Assembly: GCA_000934665.2 (NCBI GenBank)
Contig: KZ538601.1
Span: 1 to 59,723, forward strand
Reading direction: 5' to 3'
From: Catajapyx aquilonaris
Taxonomy: Eukaryota
Length of the DNA stretch: 59,723 nucleotides
The notes beneath the pieces are model-generated. The model was not told the origin of the DNA and did not search any database. It saw nothing but the letters and a program-made list of their open reading frames with translations. The translations under genes and the position numbers were made by a program. Positions 51,996-59,723 of the stretch are shown here, one piece after another (the stretch's first letter is position 1; each line of letters starts with the position of its first letter).

Positions 51996-52430
51996 CAGGG
52001 TGTCCGGGAACCGACCAGTTAGACCTGTACCCGTGGCTCAATTGACACCAGAGGATCACGTTATGTAGAGGAGTCATTATGTCTGGGCAGCCTCATTACT
52101 GAGATAAATGCCTTCAAACGACAAGTACAAAGTATCCTGGGAGGTATGGAAACCTTCAGCCCCGAAATCGCATCACCGGTCAAATAGCAGCTTTTCCATT
52201 TGGCTACTAGCATGTCGCATGGCACACACCCTGCACACACCACTACACACTGACACGCACTTGTCATTGCTATTTGACAATCACTCTTAGGCCCAATCGC
52301 TAAATGGCAAATGATCAATTATCTCAGTAATGAGGCTGCCCAGACATAATGACTCCTCTACATAACATGATCCTCTGGTGTCAATTGAGCCACGGGTACA
52401 GGTCTGACTGGTCGGTTCCCGGCCACCCTG
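51996..52430. mobile_element. Tc1/mariner-type MITE, 435 bp
   Basis: TA|CAGGGTGTCCGGGAACC...GGTTCCCGGCCACCCTG|TA with ~112-bp near-perfect TIRs. Confidence 0.9.
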
Positions 52431-52872
52431 TATAGTATGGATAGCGAAAGGCCCTCCTTCGCCCTCTATCGATAGTGAAGCACCCGCTTTCGCCATGTTG
52501 CCGTGCTAAGAAGTAGCGTGGGCATTCAAGGCCGGAAATTCAGACGTATTATGTTTCTTAATTTTGCACACGTTTTTTCATCCGCGATATACTTTTTTTA
52601 TTGAGCACTCCAGTTTCGACATCTCAGCGTTCCTCAAACTCGGGGTCGCTCGGGGTGGCAACAAATTCATTCTTTTTACAAAATGGCTTCATCGTTCGTT
52701 TAAAAATATAAGGCAGTGCTTCCCAATATATTTCTTCTGTTCGCAACCCCAGATAATTGTCTCGTAAAATTCCCGACCCTCCTCATTGTGCACATTTTGA
52801 TCCCCCAACATGAAAAGACAGGTAACCAGTGAAATGAAAAGCATTTTAAACTAGTGTCGACACTGTCGAGTA

Positions 52873-53527
52873 CAGTACCCTGCATTAATGGCCATGCACA
52901 GACATCGCCATCTGGCCAGATTGAGCGGAACTAGGCGTCTGGTGGGCTGTGTCCAAAAATCAAGACTGCTTACAAGTCCACTCTAGACGGCTCAAGATAT
53001 CGCGGTGGATTAACAGGCATTCGCTCGGTCCGTGTAATAACTGGCTCACAACCTCAATACATTGATAGGAATCGCAATGGCCTTATAATTCATCCCACAG
53101 ATATATCTGTGATCCATCTTTGTAGCATCTTTGTAGAGTACCCTGCATTAATGGCCATGCACAGACATCGCCACCTGTCCAAGAACGAGCGGAAATAGGC
53201 GTCGGTGGGGTGCGTCCAAAACACTTGGACAGCTCAAGATATAGCGGTAGATTCAAACTATTGCTACAAAGATGGATCACAGACATATCTGTGGGATGAA
53301 TTATAATGCCATTGCGATTCCTATCAATGTATTGAGGTTGTGAACCAGTTATTACACGGACCAAGCGAATGCCTGTTAATCCACCGCGATATCTTGAGCC
53401 GTCAAGAGCGGACTCGTGAGCAGTCTTGAGCATCAAAGTATTTTTGGACACAGCCCACCGGACGCCAAGTTCCACTCAATCTGGCCAGGTGGCGATGTCT
53501 GTGCATGGCCATTAATGCAGGGTACTG
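52873..53527. mobile_element. Foldback MITE (TA|CAGTA termini, pogo/Tc-like), 655 bp
   Basis: TIRs of ~255-265 bp (52873-53127 and 53262-53527). The spacer is a third, diverged direct copy of the left terminus, starting AGTACCCTGCATTAATGGCC at ~53137. Confidence 0.9.
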
Positions 53528-53655
53528 TACAAGTATCTGAATTGTTCTGTAACTTACTCGTACCTTACGGTCATAGTTTCCAAAAGATCTAGATTAATTT
53601 CGTGAAAATAATTTGTTACCCTCCCTCCCCACAGTTTGTTGACCCATGCCGTAAA

Positions 53656-56600
53656 CAATTTTGTACACTTTTTAGCACTGTATACTTTCGACCACATAGA
53701 GAAGGTTTCTGATGCTATAGAAGTATAAATAATGTGCTGTGAGGAGTGAGCCTCAACGGTACTTTTTGCCTACTCCAAACTCCAATCATCAGATACAATG
53801 TGTTACGTGTCGTCTGCCGACTTCACATATCAGTTACCTCATTTGTAAATACGTAACAGTCAAACATGAACGGCGTGGTGTAAAATCAATCGTTTGTACT
53901 CCCAACATCTTCACCTGTAAGAATTACAGTTACTCGTATATCACAATGAGACTGATTCAGATCATCAAAATAGGCCTAGAAACTAGCTCTTTGGTGCCGG
54001 AATTTTCTTGCATAGGAGCCTACAAGCACTCATTATCAAGTTCATGTCACTGACTCTGTATGTCAATACACGTAAAAACCTACGACTCAACGAGGCCCTG
54101 TTTTAAAAGACATACCTTATAATGACTCGCAAAAAAATTACTGAAAAATTATTGGCAATCCCGCAACTCGGCCCAATAATAATTAAGAACACACCACGTA
54201 GATGATGATACCAACATTTTGATTGCCCCAATTTACTGATTCGCTGAGAACAAAGTGGCCAACTTGTCAAAAAACTAAAACAAATTTTGCAATGTTTCTT
54301 TTCTGTAAATGGTGTAGATATTATAAGCGACTGTCCTAAAAGTATGGAAAATTATTTGGTATGCATTGCTCGCTTTATTCTTCTGTTGCTGAACGCGTTC
54401 ACAGACCGGGTACAAAAATAATTCCAATTTCGCACATGATCCGCTTATCAATTATTTATGGCCTGAAAAGTGGAACTTTGTTCTCAGTAATTCTGCTCGT
54501 AAATGATATAATTTGAAATTAGAATTGCATTATGGCCTTCACAATTTACATATTTGCTCCCATGCCTCATATTTCTCAAACATGTATCACACTTAAAACT
54601 ACTTGAAGAAATATTTCTTGTATAGGGGGCATATGCATCTTGCGATTCAGAAATTGGCCGCTACACGTCAACACGAACTGTGGTACATTGACACACGTGA
54701 GAGTATCCGCAATGAAATGCTGAGACAATCATATAAGAAGTCAGCTACCTGCAGTATTACCCAATATTATTTTGATAATCAAACTGAACTCAAAAGAAGT
54801 TCCCACTGCATAATTAACATTATCTGAGGTTGAGACATTTAGGTAGATCAGCCCTTTTAAAACGGGTCAGCTTCAGCTAGTAGTAAACTTAAACGAGCCC
54901 AATAATGGAAGTCACAAGGTTTCTTCAATGGATGCAACGAAAACACAAATGACTACACCTATATCTTCTGAACCCTTTTAAAAATGTCAAGCAGCTAATG
55001 CGCGGCTGCCTTCCACAAACAGAGCACATACCAAGGAAATCTGGCATCCTGAATGACAACATCGGAAGATCGGCGAGCTACAACAGAGCATACAATACAG
55101 TCACGAGCACCAATTGTACATAAATCACCAATCACTCAAAATATAAGTCTGTTAATAATTCCTCTACGAACATGTGACCAGGGAGGGTCATTCAAGATGT
55201 CTACGTATTAACCTATTTCTTAGTCTTAACTTGTCCTGATTATTGAATTTCACATCATTGGGACACAATCAACGCTGCTTAGGCTTTGTAACTGTCTTTT
55301 GATTCTCTCTGCAGTAACAGTAGAGACGCAGGTACACGTCATTGACGCAATCACTCTGCCCTTTGTACAGGTTGATCCTACTGATGTCCCCCACAACCTC
55401 GTAAGTTCCGGTATCATTCCAGCAACGCACAGTTGCCTGGAATTTGGCATGACCGGGCACAGTCTTTACACTGATCAGATAATCCGACACTTCACGAGGT
55501 TCCAAACTGCGAGAACTCGTGGACATAAACGCTCTTGAGTCTTCGACCTGCTCCAGCTCTAGGCTAGCACACTCTGGACTACCTTCCACTATAACATTTA
55601 ACCTCTTCAGAATGGCCATTGTTGCCTTCCTCACCTCTTCACTCCGGCGTGGGACAGGCCTGGACACCTGGCACATACAGTAGGCAGGAGGTACTCCTGC
55701 CTGCTCACAACTCCTGTCAGCAGGAACCTGCGAGAAGAGACTCACCGGCTGTCGCGTTACGTTGGTGACATGGTTGGGTCTGGCTTCTCCGCTGAGGTCC
55801 ATGTTCAGAATGTCCACGAGGGTCTCGTGCAGATCATAGTGAGAGGTGAGCTTGTGAGCATTCAGGTGCAAATTCTTGTAAGCATTGGGATACTGCTCTC
55901 GAACCCACTGAGGCAGCCACACAAACAGGTATGGCAGGTGATCTTCCAGATACCCGATGTAGGTTTCACGGAATGTCCCGAACCGAAGACCGTGGTCACT
56001 TAAGAAGATCAGCACGGTGTTGTTCAGAACTCCAGATTCAATGAGCCCTGTGATAAATGGCTCGTAATGGACATCGCCTTGGGCCGCGTTGTAGATTTCG
56101 TTGTGGCCCAGAGAAACGTGCCACATGAGTCCAAAATATGGATGGTCTCGAAAGCGATTGGCAAAGTCACGCCCGTACCCTTGAAGTACAGCTGTGGTTT
56201 CAGCTGGGCCCATGCAAAAAGGTAGGGATGTAACTTTGGCCCATTCAGCTTCAGAAGCCAGAACGTAAGGACGGAAGTAATAATCGGTTGGCTGCTTAAC
56301 AAAACCCTGCTTCAAGTAGTTAAAGGCTGCAACATCTGGTGCATCTTCGATGTACACAGTCACGTGTCCTTTGTCACTGAAGTTCTTCCATATCAGTGGG
56401 CAATCATCCATCTTAGTTTCAGATGTGGGCTTGCAGAGTGGCGCTAGTTCATCGCCACTGTAACCTGTGAGGATTGGGATCATGTTGGGATATGTGTTGA
56501 GCCCCACTTTCATGTACCCATAGAACTCGACTGCACCGTGGGATTTCAACGCATGGGTGGTTCTGGGTAAGGAACGGTGCAGGTTAAGCCGCGACACTGA

Positions 56601-59256
56601 ATCTAGACCCCATAAAAGAACACTGAGAGGGCGAGAAATGGGGTCTTTGTGGTGTAGTTTTTCTACGACGTTTTTCTTCGCAGGTACCACAGCGTGGAAA
56701 TTGGTGTACACAGGACGTCTCCGAAGGCTGCATTTGACCCGCACAAACTCTTCCTCTTCCCCAAGGCGCACCGTGTTCTTGAACGCCTTGCAGTTGTCGT
56801 CATACCTGTTAAAATTAAGACACAAATGTCAATTGAGTATTTTCACTAAGAGATGATTTGAACACATTCAAAATAATTCGTAAAGGTTCAACTTTGCAGT
56901 ATTTACCGTACTTGAGGGGTGGCCTACAGATATATTACTGTTACAGTGTGATTTAGCATCAGCAAGTAATCCTGCCTGGAATTTATTCTCCGGACCTGTC
57001 ATACGTTGTCCAAATAAATGCAACGTCATAGTATATCTCATTTCACTTAATCACCACCATCATGACAGCGCAGTGCCTGATATATTTAAGCTAATATCGG
57101 AACTTCTGCACACGTAGCCTTGGGGAAACACCATCTGCCATGACTAACTGCCTCCCTCCCTGACATGCACTATGTCATACAAGTTTGTAATGACAACAAA
57201 TCGAATATGAACGATTCGAAGTACCAAGAAATTTTCTGTATCTGGAAAAGGTGAGCAAAGTGCAAGGTAACGATTCCATCACTCTCTCCTTGCCACTTGT
57301 CAATGTCTAAACTCAGTGTGGTATGCCCACCTGAACTCGCTGTCAGCATATTTATCATAGTGGTCTTCCTCTTGGTTGACTCGATGTATGGCCTGATAGC
57401 AACAGTTGATGTCCTCAGGGTCGCTGGTACCGTAGTACTTGACAGCATCCAGGTTGATAAGCAACTCCAGGTCCTTCGTATACGTCAGCAGCGGTTCCTT
57501 TGAACACACCACGTGATCTGCCAGACTGAACATGCCAGCAATGGAAGGGTCCATTAGGTCCAGGTCCGGGATGCGACACTGGGGAGTGTCCACTAGGTAG
57601 TTGGACACTATCACCTGCTTCCATTCCACTGAAAAAAATCATAATATCTGATATCACCACTCATTTGCCATAATCAGCATTTAATTACCAAGGCAATGAT
57701 GTTTCACAGGCATGATGTGACCCCTCACCTTGACCCTGCATATTTTGTGGCTTATAATTCATAAGATTGCTTGACTAACACCCATTACAGTTGGGATTAT
57801 CAGGTACCGCACACTGTATACGTGTAGCTTTCATCTCAATTGGATGCGTACACATGCGTGACTTGTGCCAGATTGATTTAACCAGGAGTCGTACACAACC
57901 CATGTCTTTGTAGACACTTGCGCAGACTGTAGGCCTATATATCTACAGACATCTCTCCAAGTATCTGACAAAAGTCTATTTTGTGCAGTATGAATTTAAG
58001 GCGGTGCTATCATTTTCAGGTTACACTCTTGTGGAACACTCATGAGAAATTTGCCTCTTGACACTGTAGTGTGACTCCTACAGTACCGTAATGTGTCACA
58101 TATTTCAGACACACTTTCTGTTATGTAGGCTACTGTACACAGCACAAAATTGATGTGCCGCCTTTAATTCATGGGATACGTATATTGAACGGATACTTTT
58201 ACAGTACCTTGCTCCTTCAAGTACATGTTGTAGATGGTTATGAGACCTGCGGAGACCACGCAGAGGGCCAGCAATAAATAGGTCTTCCTGCATGGCAAAC
58301 CTCTTTCCATGGCGAGTAACAGTATCTGAAAATAGAACAATTCTTCTGTTTTAATATCCAAAGCGACATCGATTAACTCGTGCATTGATTTGGATCCCAA
58401 AGTTATCGAATCGGAGTATCCCCAACACTGCATTCCATATTCCCCATTTCACAACTCATAACCCCAAAGTACTATACATACTTGATTGCATCCTTAAATT
58501 CCTATTATGGTACCCTGAGCAAACAGATGATGAACAACAACACACATCTGAGTCAAAGGAGGAGCCAAAGGAGAATATTCCATCAAAGGGTTTTCTTGTG
58601 GCCATTTCGTTATTTCTAAATGACAAGAGGCTTACAACTGACGTTATGCTTTATACCAGTTGGTGCCACATCTAATATAATGAAAGCAGCATGCTGCCAC
58701 AATCATTAAAAACCATGATGTGGAAGTCTGTAAGGGTATGATAGAGAAGCCTCATGATCTACATGCCATTGGGTCACTCTTATGGGCAGTTCTCCAGAAC
58801 TGTTTGGAACCATCCAAGACAAAACAACTTGAGGAAACCCCACCAAGATGCCAGATAATGGGAATAATATTTCGCAAAAAAAAAAAAAAAAACACTCCAT
58901 CTTCAATAAGCTCAGTGTCAAGAGTTTTGCCTTCAAGCCATAAATCTGTTTGAACCAGGATGGTGATAACAGGAATTTGTGGCCAGAAGCGTGTATAATA
59001 CCACCTTTCTAATGCAAGTAATTATAGTCTGATATTATCTGTTGTGCCATGGAGGCAAAATATCCAGACCACATATCAATAAGAAAGTGAATGGAACCAT
59101 AATTATAGAGACTACTTTTTAAATGTATAGCTGAAGGCCTGGACTGAAATATCCCTTATTTTCTGCTGCATAATTGTCCTGTACAGTACAGCAAGTACAC
59201 CAAGTTTTGACACGTTTCTCACCCACTGCAGCTGGCAATTATTATTCATGACGTAA
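53656..59256. repeat. Segmental duplication copy B (carries DUF229 paralogue 7)
   Basis: Colinear near-identity to 36749-42945. Offset is 16270 across the two largest exons. Confidence 0.95.
55269..58310 (-). CDS. DUF229-family protein, paralogue 7 (~645 aa; recent duplicate of paralogue 6)
   Basis: complement(join(55269..56805,57331..57628,58208..58310)), same exon sizes as paralogue 6. Motif KVGLNTYPN. About 28 amino-acid differences from paralogue 6 by hand count. Confidence 0.9.
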
Positions 59257-59627
59257 GGTAAGTGTCTCAGAGGTGGACAGGTTAAGGAAAAAATTTCACG
59301 TCGGATGATCTTTGGGAATTAGCTTAAGAAATCCTCAAAAAAAATATCGGTCCAATCGTCGTCACTTCCTCTAACCAGTGCATATTCATTCCACCTTAAA
59401 CTGGTTAATTCTGTGCAAAATATTTTAACATCCAAGTGTGGAAAAGCTCTAGTTGTGAACAACCAAATTGATGGCTGTCCCGGTTGTGGACACCACCCAT
59501 GTCCCAGTTGTGGACAGCCTCCATATACTGTATTTACTGCTGTTGTGTCAATGGCATCAGGGAAGGGTCAGTTTTAAGTCATGTCGCGTTAACATAACTT
59601 AATGGAGTAAATATACTTTATTCTGAA

Positions 59628-59723
59628 CTAGCAGCGGTACCCGTTCTTCGCACGGGGAAAAAAAGAGCGTGGATAATTACACCGAAATCTTCTTAGATCT
59701 CAAGCAATATTAAATGCAAAACT
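59628..59723 (-). mobile_element. Helitron 3' terminus (element continues beyond the window)
   Basis: Minus strand reads CCCGTGCGAAGAACGGG (hairpin)-TACCGCTG-CTAG|T, the canonical Helitron 3' end. Confidence 0.7.

Noticed and set aside
1971..56805. Identical 1537-nt last-exon length in paralogues 1, 6 and 7
   Set aside because: Paralogues 6 and 7 are recent duplicates; paralogue 1 has different internal indels and tail, so the match appears coincidental.
1984..56825. ORF-track starts for the long DUF229 ORFs (1984, 6517, 11317, 16840, 31147, 40501, 56825) and the short ORFs overlapping them
   Set aside because: The long ORFs are terminal exons read through from intron sequence or non-ATG codons. 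The overlapping short ORFs are alternative-frame or antisense shadows.
53656..59723. Helitron-mediated transduction as the cause of the segmental duplication
   Set aside because: Copy B lies downstream of a Helitron 3' end, but copy A has no corresponding Helitron and ~370 bp of unrelated sequence intervenes.
1..59723. CRISPR array, prokaryotic operon or defence system
   Set aside because: No regularly spaced repeats with unique spacers; the genes have spliceosomal introns and eukaryotic transposons.

Overview
Eukaryotic, intron-containing DNA, most likely from an arthropod (inferred from the gene families, the SINE type and CpG depletion confined to one gene body). The window is dominated by a cluster of seven intact, spliced paralogues of the DUF229 family (alkaline-phosphatase-superfamily type II membrane proteins, 641-660 aa). 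Four are on + (617-18087) and three on - (29828-58310), with one decayed fragment at 12730-12967. A six-exon cytosolic 5'-nucleotidase III (NT5C3-like) gene lies on - between the two converging groups. An intronless 363-aa gene with repeated Mn-like microtubule-binding motifs and upstream X-box-like sites lies between the last two paralogues, which come from a recent ~6 kb segmental duplication. Intergenic DNA carries MITEs (Tc1/mariner-, Kolobok- and P/hAT-like), a tRNA-derived SINE with a 14-bp TSD, Helitron remnants, microsatellites and a 198-nt assembly gap. Exon boundaries were read by hand from GT/AG sites and are phase-consistent. Family assignments rest on recognised motifs, not database searches.
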